From the NCBI GenBank assembly GCA_964035575.1, contig OZ037835.1, forward strand, positions 1,488,001 through 1,552,000: a DNA stretch of 64,000 nt, given 5' to 3'. Origin of the DNA: Rhynchopus sp. YZ270_cl-10. Taxonomy: Eukaryota. The notes beneath the pieces were generated by a model. That model had not been told where the DNA came from and made no database searches. It saw only the letters and a list, made by a program, of their open reading frames with translations. Of this stretch, positions 1 to 12,400 are shown one piece after another. Each line of letters opens with the position of its first letter. The first letter of the stretch is position 1. The position numbers and the translations under genes were made by a program.

Positions 1-832
1 CAACGTAGGAAATTTTCGCGCGGAGCGCAAAAAAAAAAAAATTTTCTTTGGAGAAGGCTCGGTTTTCCATTATTGTTACAAAGTGTAGTGATTTAGGATC
101 TTTTTTTTCAGGAAAATTCAAAGGATAAACCACTTTTCCGGTGACCCCCCTCCCCCTCCTATACCAAAAAAAGTTTTCCTCCCCGGATTTCGATCGGACC
201 CCCCTCCCCCCCTTTTATTGTTATTTTGTAACAATAAATGGAAAAACGAGCCTTCCCTTGCCCTCGGTAACCCCGTAAGCCAAAACCCCGAAACCTGGAA
301 AAAGGCCTGGAACGGATAAAAAGATTCAAAAATGACGAAGCAATACAATGAAGAGCCTAGAGTCAACAGTGATGACGACGAAAGTATGCGACGCTGAGAG
401 CAAGAATAATAAAAAGAAGAGACTCTCGCATGAAATCTGACAAGTTTAATACAAACAGCGTGTAAAAAAAAAGAGGGGTGGGACTCTATTTTTTTTCTTG
501 GGTGAACAATTGGAGGAAGAATTGCGAGGCAATAATATGCAACTTTTATAAAGTAACGCTACAAGTATGTCTGGTTTTTGTGCGCACCCCAATAATGAAG
601 TGTAACAAAATAAATTTTTTTTTTGTAGTTTCGACAATCACCTGTCCGAGAACGGGTTCTGTACACAATGTTTTATATATATATTTTTTTTGTAGCTACC
701 TGCAAAAAAAAAAAAGAAGATGAACCTGAGCCTCTCGGGCTTAACCACCTCGAAATAAAGTGTAAAATGGTGTAAAAAAAAAAAAAAAAGAAAAAAAAAA
801 AGTTAAAAAGATGACCCTAAGCCCGTACTTAT

Positions 833-1846
833 TTAAGTACTTACTTCTGAGAAAGTTCCCGACTTGTCGTCACTCTCCTCGTCATCGTCATCGTCATGGT
901 CAATGGTATGGTTACTAACCGCTTGAGAAACCATGACATCCTCACTGACTTCTCCAACTTCGCTGCCTTCATCTGCAGAGTCATGGCGGAGGTCATCTGG
1001 AACCTCAGACTCCCATGAGCCACCTCCAACATTTACCTTGGCGGTGGCCACTGCACTGGCGAGAGGAATGTAGACCATGGTATTTCCACCCTTCTCTATT
1101 ACGACTTCTTTACTGAAGTCAATCACGTACGTGTCGGGAACACGATACTTGAAATCGTAAACACCAGGTGTGAAGTTGGTGCTGGGCAATGTTCTTTTGA
1201 ACGACATGGTGAAGTCGCTGCCCGAGAGTTTTGCAGAGTCAGGGACGAGCTTCGTGCACCCGCTCTCCACCATGAGCCAGAGACACTTCACTCCATTGTG
1301 CGTAACCCCGCCTTTGTTTGTGCATTCTGGCCAGCTTCTCGTAATCTTTTTAGCTGGTGTCACTGAGGAGGTCTGTAGTTTGGCCTGGTACAACGTGAGA
1401 ACTTTCGCCTCATCGAGGTTGCATTTCTGTGCCAAGTTCTTCAGGCTCTTGTACTCCGCCGAATTGCTCTGTCCATTGGTGGGCGTTTGGCGCAGGGTGA
1501 AGCCGCAGAATTCGAGGTCGCTGTTCCCACTCGCTCGGCGGGAATAGTACGTCATGCTGCCGGCGTCTACTGCATTTTTGGCAGTCTTAATTTTGTGAAG
1601 TAAGTTCATCTCAATGCTAATTAAGCCGCTCTCTGATTTCAGATTTATCCCGAAAAGATTGTTCAACATCGCCTTCAACGGCGCATGAAGGAATGATTTG
1701 CCCTCTTTTTTCATCACATATATCTTGAGGAAGTTCTGCACCACATCCCTCACCTTAGATTCCACAGCCGGTTTGGGTTTGGGTTTGTCATCTACGACCT
1801 TCGATCTTTTGGTAGGCAGGGGCTGTGTCGCTGAGCGTTTTCCCAT
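833..1846 (-). CDS. Hypothetical protein, 337 aa, with basic N-terminus and acidic C-terminal tail
   Basis: Uninterrupted ORF with ATG preceded by an A-rich leader; K/R-rich start (MGKRS...TKRSK) and D/E-rich end. No family recognised. Confidence 0.65.
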   Translation of the reverse strand: MGKRSATQPLPTKRSKVVDDKPKPKPAVESKVRDVVQNFLKIYVMKKEGKSFLHAPLKAMLNNLFGINLKSESGLISIEMNLLHKIKTAKNAVDAGSMTYYSRRASGNSDLEFCGFTLRQTPTNGQSNSAEYKSLKNLAQKCNLDEAKVLTLYQAKLQTSSVTPAKKITRSWPECTNKGGVTHNGVKCLWLMVESGCTKLVPDSAKLSGSDFTMSFKRTLPSTNFTPGVYDFKYRVPDTYVIDFSKEVVIEKGGNTMVYIPLASAVATAKVNVGGGSWESEVPDDLRHDSADEGSEVGEVSEDVMVSQAVSNHTIDHDDDDDEESDDKSGTFSEVST

Positions 1847-1945
1847 TTTTTATATTGTTTTTGTTGGTTAATTCCTGAATTGAGTGTCAGGGGGCGGGAG
1901 GGTAGCTTGAACCATGCACATTAATTAATAATTATAATGCAACCT

Positions 1946-2911
1946 CGTTCAACCACCCCCCTGACACCCAATTCAGGAACCAACAAAAGCAATATAAACT
2001 GCCTACCAAAAAAGCGAAGCCCGATGATGCCACAAACCAGCTACTGTGGAATCTAAGGTGACGGATGTGGTGCAGAACTTCCTCAAGATATATGTGGTGA
2101 AAAAAGAGGGTAAAGCATTCCTTCATGCGCCGTTGAAGGCGATGTTGAACAATCTTTTCGGGATAAAGAGAGCGGCTTAATTAACGTTGAGATGAACGCA
2201 CAAAATTCACAAAATTAAGACTGCCAAAAATGCAGTAGACGCCGGCAGCATGACGTACTATTCCCGCCGAGCGAGTGGGAACAGCGACCTCGAATTCTGC
2301 GGCTTCACCCGCCCACCAATGGACAGAGCAATTCGGCGGAGTACAAGAGCCTGAAGAACTTGGCAGCAGAGAAATGCAACCTCGATGAGGCGAAAGTTCT
2401 CACGTTGTACCAGGCCAAACTACAGACCTCCTCAGTGACACCAGCTAAAAAGATTACGAGAAGCTGGCCAGAATGCACAAACAAAGGCGAGGTTACGCAC
2501 AATGGAGTGAATCCTGACTCTGCAAAACTCTCGGGCAGCGACTTCACCATGTCGTTCAAAAGAACATTGCCCAGCACCAACTTCACACCTGGTGTTTACG
2601 ATTTCAAGTATCGTGTTCCCGACACGTACGTGATTGACTTCAGTAAAGAAGTCGTAATAGAGAAGGGTGGAAATACCATGGTCTACATTCCTCTCGCCAG
2701 TGCAGTGGCCACCGCCAAGGTAAATGTTGGAGGTGGCTCATGGGAGTCTGAGGTTCCAGATGACCTCCGCCATGACTCTGCAGATGAAGGCAGCGAAGTT
2801 GGAGAAGTCAGTGAGGATGTCATGGTTTCTCAAGCGGTTAGTAACCATACCATTGACCATGACGATGACGATGACGAGGAGAGTGACGACAAGTCGGGAA
2901 CTTTATCAGAA
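1946..2911 (+). pseudogene. Decayed inverted copy of the 833-1846 gene
   Basis: Reverse complement of ~845-1912 including the leader; start codon region deleted and several short indels; distal ~400 bp nearly identical (ORF 2360-3031 reproduces the C-terminal peptide). Confidence 0.85.
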
Positions 2912-3667
2912 CCAGAGGCCATGACTTTGGTATTTTTACCCCTTTCTCTCCCCCCCCCCCCCCCCCCCTCCCAGTACCTGTTAGACACACTTGTAGTGTT
3001 ATTTTGTAAAAGTTGTTGTGGTTGCATATAATTATTAATTAATGCCAAAAGATCGGGTGGAGGGGTGGGGGTGAGATGACAGCTAAAAGATCGGGTGGGG
3101 GTCGGTGAGGTCGTTCATTTTTGTTACACACACACACACACACACAGCATTTTATGTGACATGACAGGTGCCACCTTCACGGTGACTACCTCGACGACGC
3201 ACACGCTCCACAACGAGGTCAAACCCGAAAAAGAGAACCTTAGGGCACAGCCAGTACACCTTTCCCTAAGTGTGTAGCATGCAGAACATACATGGGCTGA
3301 CATCAAAACCAAAAAAAGAAGCAAATAAAAAACAACATTTTTTGTTTATCTCTCTGCAAGAATTTTTCCCACGGCTATTTGTGTGTACCATCAAAAGTGC
3401 TCGTAAGTGCCTTCATTTCCATTTTTCCCCCAGGATTGAGGACATGTGGGCAATTTGTGATGTCGAAAAAAAAAGTTTTGGTCAAAAAATGGACTTGTCT
3501 TTCGGAAAAAATCGGCTGCGCAAAACCGTGTTTTAGACCCCCACAGATGCTCAAAACTGCCAAATTTTGCTTTTAATGGCCTCAAATCGTCGAAATTCGC
3601 CCTAAAAGGGGGCAAAAAAAAAAATTCGAGAGTCCCTTTCCCTGGGAGGCAATAGCCACCGGCAAAA

Positions 3668-3960
3668 ACACCTGTCATATGACAGGTGGTACCTGTCAAA
3701 ATGACAGGTACCACCTGTCAAAATGACAGGTACCACCTGTCATATGACAGGTACCACCTGTCAAAATGACAGGTGGTACCTGTCATCTTACAGGTACCAC
3801 CTGTCATATGACAGGTGGTACTTGTCACCACCTGTCATTTTACAGGTGGTACCTGTCATTTTACAGGTACCACCTGTCATATTACTAGTAATATTCAATT
3901 ATCACCTGTCATATTTATAACTAGTTACACCACCTGTCATATCACCTGTCATGGCCATAA
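3668..3960. repeat. Array of ~21-bp palindromic units (CACCTGTCATATGACAGGTG / GGTACC)
   Basis: Repeated ACCTGTCA and TGACAGGT half-sites in both orientations; related copies near 3160, 4615-4685 and 23700. Confidence 0.85.
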
Positions 3961-4084
3961 CTAGTCCGTCGTGTAAAGGACCACGAATAGGACTGATGGG
4001 AAAATCCGCTTTTGACCGTGGGAGTGAAATAATGTTACCACACGACGAGTGTACACCCTGCTACGTGTCCTCCCACCACATCAC

Positions 4085-4270
4085 CACACACCACCACACA
4101 GCCCCACCCCTCCCCTTGATGAGTCGTCATCGATATCAGACGCTGTTTGTGTTGCTATTGCGTACAGTGTGCCGTCATTGTTCCACAGAGTGCCCACAAA
4201 ATAGTGCTGAGCGTCTGCACAGACTCCGGGTGCTGGCTGAAGTGCGCTGAGTATCGAGACCGTGGGACTT
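4085..4270 (+). pseudogene. Frameshifted 5' fragment of an RCC1-type receptor-kinase paralogue
   Basis: Aligns by eye with 26840-27010: TCGATATCAxACGCTGTT signal-peptide region and CTDSGCWLKC versus CTDSGCWMKC. Confidence 0.75.
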
Positions 4271-5914
4271 TTCAGCAATGGTCCGCCTTGACTTCGGCAT
4301 CCGGAAAGTCTGTCCTCTGCTTGCGGAGGACTAGGCACAAGAAATATTGCGTTCCCCCAGACCATTCATTCATTCGAACTACTTTGAAAGAGACAATCGA
4401 CGAAAAGCCTTTTCTCGGAAACTGTATTCTTCTCCGCCAACACAAACCACCTGACAGGACAAAAACCTTTTCCCACAACGTTTTTTGGTTCTCCTTTTTT
4501 TTAACTTTCTGCTTTTCATCTTTTTTCAAAATGTGTCGAACATTCGCGAACCGGTCAACGCACGTTTGCAGGCTTTGAGTGGAACGCAGGACAATTATAC
4601 TTGCATCCACCAACTTATGGCCATGACAGGTGATATTTCTAGTAACATGACTAGTGAAAGTGTATGGCGGTGGTACCTGTCGTATGAGAGGTGGCTACGG
4701 CGAAGAACAATAGGCAGACAACGCGAGCTTTGGTGGTGCGTTTGGTGGTGGGCCATGGGACAACAACTGCGCTGAGGACAGACGCACATCACAACGCTGT
4801 GACGTGCAACGCACTACTAGGATGCGAATCTGACAGCAGCTGTGGATGCGTGAGTGGCGACTGCAAGCAGCTCGGTGTCGTCGCCTCTTGGTGTTGTGGG
4901 ATGGATGCACCTGCGTTCGATGCTGCTCACACTACTACACCTCTGCTCCTCCCAGTGGCTCCACACAGTGACACCTAACCTGGGCTACAATTCCTTCACC
5001 ACTGGTGAACACCATTTCCTGCAACGGAACACTTGAGATGGACCAGATCTTCGTTGGAACCTTTGGATCAACAGTGACGAAGGAATGTCGCACACCCACA
5101 CCGACCGCTTATGCACCACAAACGGACCTCAAACAGGCAGTGGTTCATAAGACCCTGCGGGAACACAGACGCCACCGTCACCAAAAGGGAAGGTTCGTTG
5201 GTCTTTTTATAGTCGTGGACCGAGAGCCTGCCAAGATGTGTCAACGGTTCTTGAAGGTGAGAGGACGAAAGGGCACCTGGAAATGTGTCGCTCCTCTCGG
5301 CGAGAATGTGCCCCTGCAGATGCCCTTCGTCTGTTTCATTTTACTTAATAGAGTCATTGTGGAGTCAGGCCAGCTTATTGCCCACGGCAGAGCTGCCACA
5401 TCCAGGGTGAGATAGACAGTGTCGATATTATTCGCACAGGGGTGACTTGTTGCGAACTGAGCCATGGTTCCCCGCTATGCTCCCGGGTTACACATATAGT
5501 GTGGTGTGCTCTGGAGGAAGCGTTTCAACTTTTCAACCTCTTCCCGAATTTACCTTTCGCGATTTTTTACCCTCCCCCGTTTTAGAAATCAACAGAGAGT
5601 GTACGTTAAGATTTTTTCAACAAGCAAAGAGTAACGAGGTTTCTCAAGCATTTTTTGGCCGCTAAAAAGTGAACAAGATAAAACAATAAGCTCACGTTTC
5701 TTTTACCGAACAGATTTTATTCTCCACCCCATACCCAAAACGTAAACACCACTTTCAATCAGGAAAAATATTTTCCTCTCCTTTTTTCTTCCACACGCAC
5801 TGCATGGAAAACAAAAGATCTTAGTAAGGGGAATTTTTTTTTGAGCGGGGTTTTGATATCTTCTTAGTTTTTTTTTTCAACTAAGATCTTAGTTTTTTTT
5901 TTTAAGATCTTAGT

Positions 5915-7110
5915 CAGGGGTGTCGCTAATTCGGGTCCAGGGTCCCGACTTTTTCAAAACCCAAAAAAAAATTTGCACCCCTAGTAAAATCTGTGTAGGA
6001 AAAAAAAAATTTGCACCTAATACAGGGTGGGTTTAATGTGTTAACAACTTGTTCTTTTTTTAAGTGAGAGGCCACCGTGAACTCGGTTGTGTCAGAACGT
6101 TCCAAAAACGAGGTTTTTGGGGGTCAGGGAAAATCCCCAGGTGCCGCCCTCACCCCGCGAAGATTTTTTTTTTTTTGGGTGGGATTTCCAGATTTACCTT
6201 ACCCTGCCTTACCCTTTTTTTTTGCAAACCAGGGTTTCCTTAGTAAAGGTACCATAGCGTGTTTTTGCGCACACATGTGACCCCACCGTGGAGAGCAATC
6301 GGCTCGCGCAATCAAAAGAACGCAGAGAAAAAGGAAAAGACAAAAAGACAAAAGCTGGGTACCGTGCGCCTGCGGCGCTACCGTTCTCAGTCAAGAACAC
6401 CACAATTTCATCTGAAGCTGTGTTTTCAGAGTTGAACATGACCCTTGTTTACGAGAATCGGCAGTCTCGAAAAGTGCACAGGAATAAAAAAATGGTGAAA
6501 ATTTAAATACCGAAAACTCGTCCATTTTTCCAAAATGACCCCATCACTTTCTGCAATTGCACCGCATCGGACGATGCAATCAACAAAAACGCCCAAAAAC
6601 GCCTCCCCTTTTTTCGTGATCTGGGAACATGCTTGCAAGGGTTTCCTTGCTAAAACCAGAGAATCTCATACTTCATAGTAAGGGTACTTTAGCGTATTTT
6701 AGCGCACACATGTGACCCCACCGTGGAGAGCAATCGGCTCGCACAATCAAAAGAACGCAGAGAAAAGGGAAAAAGAAAAAGACAAAAGTTGGGTACCGTG
6801 CGCCTGCGGCGCTACCTACTGTTCTCAGTAGTGTCAAAAACACCACAATTTCATCTGAATTTGGGTTTTCAGACCTGAAAATGACCCATGTTTAAGAGTA
6901 TGGGTTCATATTTTGTGAAAATTTAAGTCACTAAAAGTTTGTCCATTTTTCCGTATATCCCCCACCACAGCCTGGGATTGGCTCGGAAATGCCACAAAAC
7001 ACTGTTTTTTCGCCCCCTGGTGATGGAAAAAAAATCCCCACGTAAAAAAAAAAAATTGCACCCCGATTTCAGATTTTTCAAAAATTTTCCCAAAATTAGC
7101 GACACCCCTG
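5915..7110. mobile_element. hAT-like MITE, 8-bp TSD ATCTTAGT
   Basis: Perfect 17-bp TIR CAGGGGTGTCGCTAATT; ATCTTAGT at 5907-5914 and 7111-7118; internal duplicated block containing GTACCGTGCGCCTGCGGCGCT. Confidence 0.9.
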
Positions 7111-7128
7111 ATCTTAGTTTTTTTGTTA

Positions 7129-7428
7129 CTGGGGGGGGGCGAATAAGAGATGTGGCATCTCTTATTAGGCGAACGGACGAGCCAAAAATAAAAAAATTTT
7201 TTTGGGGGAAAAAAAGCAAATAGACATTTTCGCCGGAGGCAAAAAAATTTTTTTGACCACTTTTTTGCCAGACCGGGTAGACAGGGTAAAATTTCAAAAT
7301 GTTTTTTCAAGATAAAACCCTGTTGCATGCAAAAAAAAAAAAAAAAAATACCCCCAAAATCTCAACCTGATCTCTTATTCGGCCCTAATCTCTTATTCAC
7401 CCCTGATCTCTTATTCGCCCCCCCCCAG
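7129..7428. mobile_element. Tc1/mariner-like MITE, TA TSD
   Basis: CTG(n)CGAATAAGAGAT ... ATCTCTTATTCGC(n)AG flanked by TA; removing it restores the host unit TTTTGTTAAGATCTTAG. Confidence 0.8.
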
Positions 7429-9477
7429 TAAGATCTTAGTTTTTTTTCCACTAAGATCTTAGTTTTTTTTGTTAAGATCTTAGTTTTTTTTATTAAGATC
7501 TTAGGAGGGTGTTCAAATTTCCCGTTTTTCCCTTTTCTCCCGTTTTTCCCTTTGTCTTTGCCATTTTTTTTTCCAAAAAAAAAAAATTTTTTTTTTTGAC
7601 AAGGCAATTTTCAGGTGAAAAAAAAATTTTTTTTTCGAAAAAATTTTGGCCCCCTGAGGTGGGTCTGGGGGCACCGAAAAATGCCAAAAAACGCAAAAAT
7701 TGGCTGTTTTGAGCATCTGTGGTTACACCAAATACACGTCTCTGAACAAGCCTATACTATACCCAAAAGTGGCTAGGCAAGGACGTGTTTGACCAAAAAA
7801 AAAAATTTTTTTTTTCAAAAAAATCGAGTTTTCGTCACCTGTGGGTGGTCGTAGGATCGAAATTTGCGAAAAATTTTCACTTTTTTTTTTTGACCCAAAA
7901 AAAATTTTTATATATCAGCCAAAATCTGCTTAGCCGTATACAAAGGCCTGTTTTTGGAGCCACTTTAAAGTGATAAAAAATCCGCCAAAAAAATGTTGTG
8001 ACCCCGGAATTTTTTCAGATCGATCCGGAAATTCATATACGCGCCTTTTCGAGTGAAAATATTACACCTCCGGCCTCTCAAACGTACTTGACCGTGGACA
8101 GGTGGATTTTATCAATTTTATGGCCCGGGCACATTCTGAAAAAAAATATTCTTGGAAAGATAGGGTGCGAAAACGTTCAATTCCGGGGTCGGACGGTCAA
8201 AAATATGCATCTGGGGCGAGCGAGTGGGCGGCGGGAGAATGGGTACTATGTACTGGGTACTGTACAGTGTACTATGTACGGTGAGGAAATCTCCTCTTTG
8301 GGTCCAACACAGCGATGTCTCTAAATTAGATTTTTTTTGTCAAAAATTGTCGATTTTTTTTTCTTTGGATTTATTTTTGACAAATCTTTCAATTCCGACC
8401 ATTTTTGTCAACTGGAAACACACTCCACGGTATGCAACTTTTGGTGGAGCCGACCACTCTTTCTGCACTGAAAATCCCCTGTATTACATGCACAAAGCAT
8501 TGGAGCCACTTTTTTTTTACTTCTACTCCACTAAAATGGTCGATTTTTTTTTCTATGAAACGCGGGGAGCTCGGAAATCCATATACGCCCATTTTCGGGG
8601 TGTTTGGAAAATAAGTTCTCACCTGAGGCGGCGGAGAGCAAAAGTGAAAAAACTGCCGATTGTGTGTGTAGTTTTAAAGGAAGGAAAAATAAAATTAATA
8701 AAAAAAACTAAGATCTTAAAAAAAAAAAATCTAAGATCTTAAGAAAAAAACTAAGATCTTAACAAAAAACACTAAGATCTTACTTAATTAAAAAAAAACA
8801 CTAAGATCGGTCATATCTTAATTAAGATCTTTTGTAATACATGGCACTGGTTTTTGTATTTCGCTAATTTTTATCAAAAAGCTTTAGTTCCTAGTTTCGA
8901 GTGCGAAACGTTTCTCCATGTATTGCACGGGAAACAATATGACAAACAGGTGCAGGGTGGTTCCGTGCTTATCATAGAACCTGACACCTTGTGTGTCTCC
9001 CAAAAGCCAAAAAGCGTTGTGTGTGAATTTTTGAAGGAAGGAAAAATAAAAGCTGGGGGATAAGGTCGCGTGACTCGCCGAGTGGTTGTGAACCGCCTCC
9101 GTTCTCTTACGGTACGGAACGTCCCACCCTTTGCATGAGCTCGACTGAGATGCTTTAGCACGTTTCAACTTTTCTTTTATTTATGTGCCCACCCGACATA
9201 AGTATCACCACTGCCTTGTGATATCTTTATTGATGCTAAGTCGGAGGCAGCTTTTATGCGATACTTTCCTAAGAGTCATTCTGCGTGTCAGATGGTACTT
9301 TTGTGCTTCTTTTGTTCATCGAAAGTGTACCTGTGGGGCACATTCGTCTTTAGTTAAATAAAGCACCGCTCTCTCTCTTGTTTGACATATTCGTGTCTTC
9401 ACATCCTCCCCACCCACATCAGCAGGTATACATGGGTTGGGCCTTCCTCCCACAAACAACTCTGCTGCAGCAGAACA

Positions 9478-12400
9478 ATGCGAAGGCATATCATGTACGC
9501 CGCAGCCTTCTTGTTGCTGCTTGTGAGTGAAGTGGTGTCGCAGCCGACTGAGCTGCCGTGTGATCGGGCCGTTGAGACTATTGTCCAGTTCGCAGACAAG
9601 GATAGCATTCAGCTCCCCGTGCCGCCATCTAACACTACACTGTTTGGGGGTATCATTCAGGTTGACTTGGACGTTATTATCAATGCATACACCAATTACG
9701 GGCGTTTTGTTGAGTTTGGTAGCGGCATCAGCAACAACAATTTCATTATTGGACAGTTCCAAACCACAGGGCATCTGTATGTCAGCAGCACTTGGGGAGA
9801 ACCGAAGTTACGTGTGTTCTACAACAAAACACTGCCGTTGGGAGAGACGTTTCATGTTCGGGTCATTTGCGTGCCCATTGACGACGAGACATCAACCTAC
9901 TACGTGTACATCAACGACAAATTTGTCACAGAAGGGGTCAGTGAGGCACTCAGATACGTAACTCGTTCGCTTTTCTTGATTGGCGAAAGCAGCTACACCA
10001 TCGCCTCCATACCCCACATACCCCTCGACGGCAGTGTCACGAACTGTGTCATGTTAATGTGTCCTCCGCCAACTGCAGTGCCGTGCGCTCGCGACGTTGT
10101 GACTGTGGTCCAATTCGCAGACAAGGATAACAGACAGCTGCCCGTGCCGCCCAGTGAGGAGACACTGTTTGGGGGTGCAGTTCAGGTTGACATGGACGTT
10201 ATTATCAATACATACACCAATTACGGGCGTTTTGTTGATATTGGGAACGGCGCCAGCAGCGACAACTTTATTATTGGACAGTACAAAAACACAGGGCATC
10301 TGTATGTCAGCAGCACTTGGACAGCACCGAAGTTACGTGTGATCTACAACGAAACACAGCTGCCGTTGGGAAAGACGTTTCATGTTCGGGTCATTTGCGT
10401 GCCGATTGACGACGAGACATCAACCTACTACGTGTACATCAACGGCGTATTTGTCATAGAGGGGGTCAGTGAGGCACTCAGATACGTAACTCGTTCGGAA
10501 GTCTTGATTGGCGAAAGCAGCTTCACCATCGGCACAATACCCCATATAGACCTCGACGGCAGTGTCACGAACTGTGTCATGTTAATGTGTCCTCCGCCAA
10601 CTGCAGTGCCGTGCACTCGCGACGTTGTGACAGTGGTCCAGTTCACAGACAAGGATAACATTCAGCTCCCCGTGCCGCCAACTAACGAGACACTGTTTGG
10701 GGGTGCAGTTCAGGTTGACATGGACGTTATTATCAATGCATACACCAATTACGGGCGTTTTGTTGATATTGGGAACGGCGCCAGCAGCGACAACTTTATT
10801 ATTGGACAGTACAAAAACACAGGGCATCTGTATGTCAGCAGCACTTGGACAGCACCGAAGTTACGTGTGATCTACAACGAAACACAGCTGCCGTTGGGAG
10901 AGACGTTTCATGTTCGGGTCATTTGCGTGCCCATTGACGACGAGACATCAACCTACTACGTGTACATCAACGACGAATTTGTCACAGAGGGGGTCAGTGA
11001 GGCACTCAGATACGTAACTCGTTCGGAAGTCTTGATTGGCGTGAGCAGCTTCACCATCGGCTCAATACCCCACATACCCCTCGACGGCAATGTCACGAAC
11101 TGTGTCATGGTCATGTGTCCTGGGGATACACCTGCCCCACCAACTGCTATTCCAACTGCTGAACACACAGCCATCCCAACAGCAGTGCCAACAGCTGAAC
11201 CGACTGCTACTCCTACTGTACCAACCGACATTCCAACTGCAGTGCCCGATACGATCCCAACTAAAATGCAGTGCGATGGCAAAGTTGTGACTGTGGTTAA
11301 TTTCACAGACAAGGATAACATTCAGCTGCCGCCAACTAGTGTGACACTGTTTGGAGGTGCAGTTCAGGTTGAGATGGACGTTATTATCAATGCATACACC
11401 AATTACGGGCGTTTTGTTGAGTTTACGAACGGCATCGGCGACGATAATTTCATTATTGGACAGTTCAAAACCACAGGGCATCTGTATGTCAGCTGCACTT
11501 GGGGAGAACCGAAGTTACGAGTGTTCTACAACAAAACACTGCCGTTGGGAGAGACGTTTCAGGTTCGGGTCATTTGCGTGCCCATTGACGATGAGACATC
11601 AACCTACTACGTGTACATGAACGACAAATTTGTCACAGAAGGGGTCAGTGAGGCACTCAGATACGTAACTCGTTCGCTTTTCTTGATTGGCGAAAGCAGC
11701 TACGGAACCGTCGCCTCAATACCCCACATACCCCTCGACGGCAGTGTCACGAACTGTGTCATGTTAATGTGTCTTGTGGACACATTTGCCCCGCCAACTG
11801 CTATTCCAACTGCAGTGCCCGCTTGGATCCCAACTGAAATGCCGTGCACTCGGGATGTGGTGACTGTGGTTAATTTCACAGACAAGGATAACATTCAGCT
11901 CCCCGTGCCGCCAACTAGCGTGACACTGTTTGGGGGTATCATTCAGGTTGACTTGGACGTTATTATCAATGCATACACCAATTACGGGCGTTTTGTTGAG
12001 TTCGGTAGCGGCATCAGCAACAACAATTTTATTATTGGACAGTTCAAAAGCACAGGGCATCTGTATGTCAGCTGCACTTGGGGAGAACCGAAGTTACGTG
12101 TGTTCTACAACAAAACACTGCCGTTGGGAAAGACGTTTCATGTTCGGGTCATTTGCGTGCCCATTGACGACGAGACATCAACCTACTACGTGTACATCAA
12201 CGACGAATTTGTCACAGAGGGGGTCAGTGAGGCACTCAGATACGTAACTCGTTCGCTTTTCTTGATTGGCGAAAGCAGCTACACCACGGCCTACATACCC
12301 CACATACCTCTCGACGGCAGTGTCACGAACTGTGTCATGTTAATGTGTCCTGGGGATACACCTGCCCCAACTGCTATTCCAACTGCTATTCCAACTGCTG

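Larger units (their letters stand above)
5803..8843. mobile_element. Non-autonomous TIR transposon, CATG termini, 6-bp TSD GCACTG, with nested insertions
   Basis: CATGGAAAACAAAAGATCTTA ... TAAGATCTTTTGTAATACATG; GCACTG at 5797-5802 and 8844-8849; many TAAGATCTTA subterminal repeats; empty site visible at ~49745. Confidence 0.85.
5670..9052 (+). repeat. Dispersed repeat family A, split by the 5803-8843 insertion
   Basis: 5670-5802 joined to 8850-9052 matches the intact copy at 49620-49957; partial copies at 25200-25380, 50577-50732, and 57278-57391 + 58274-58430. Confidence 0.85.

Noticed and set aside
51..257. Imperfect ~30-bp inverted repeat (51-82 versus 225-257), and a decayed one at ~15968-16110
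   Set aside because: Probably old MITEs, but termini and TSDs could not be defined.
3668..3960. CRISPR-like appearance of the palindromic array (also 19690-19880 and 53240-53350)
   Set aside because: No unique spacers, no cas genes, eukaryotic context; better explained as transposon subterminal repeats.
9382..9477. ORF-track N-terminal extensions (9382, 26732, 54293, 58225)
   Set aside because: They use non-ATG starts and run through pyrimidine tracts or repeat DNA; downstream ATGs give signal peptides or a shared N-terminus.
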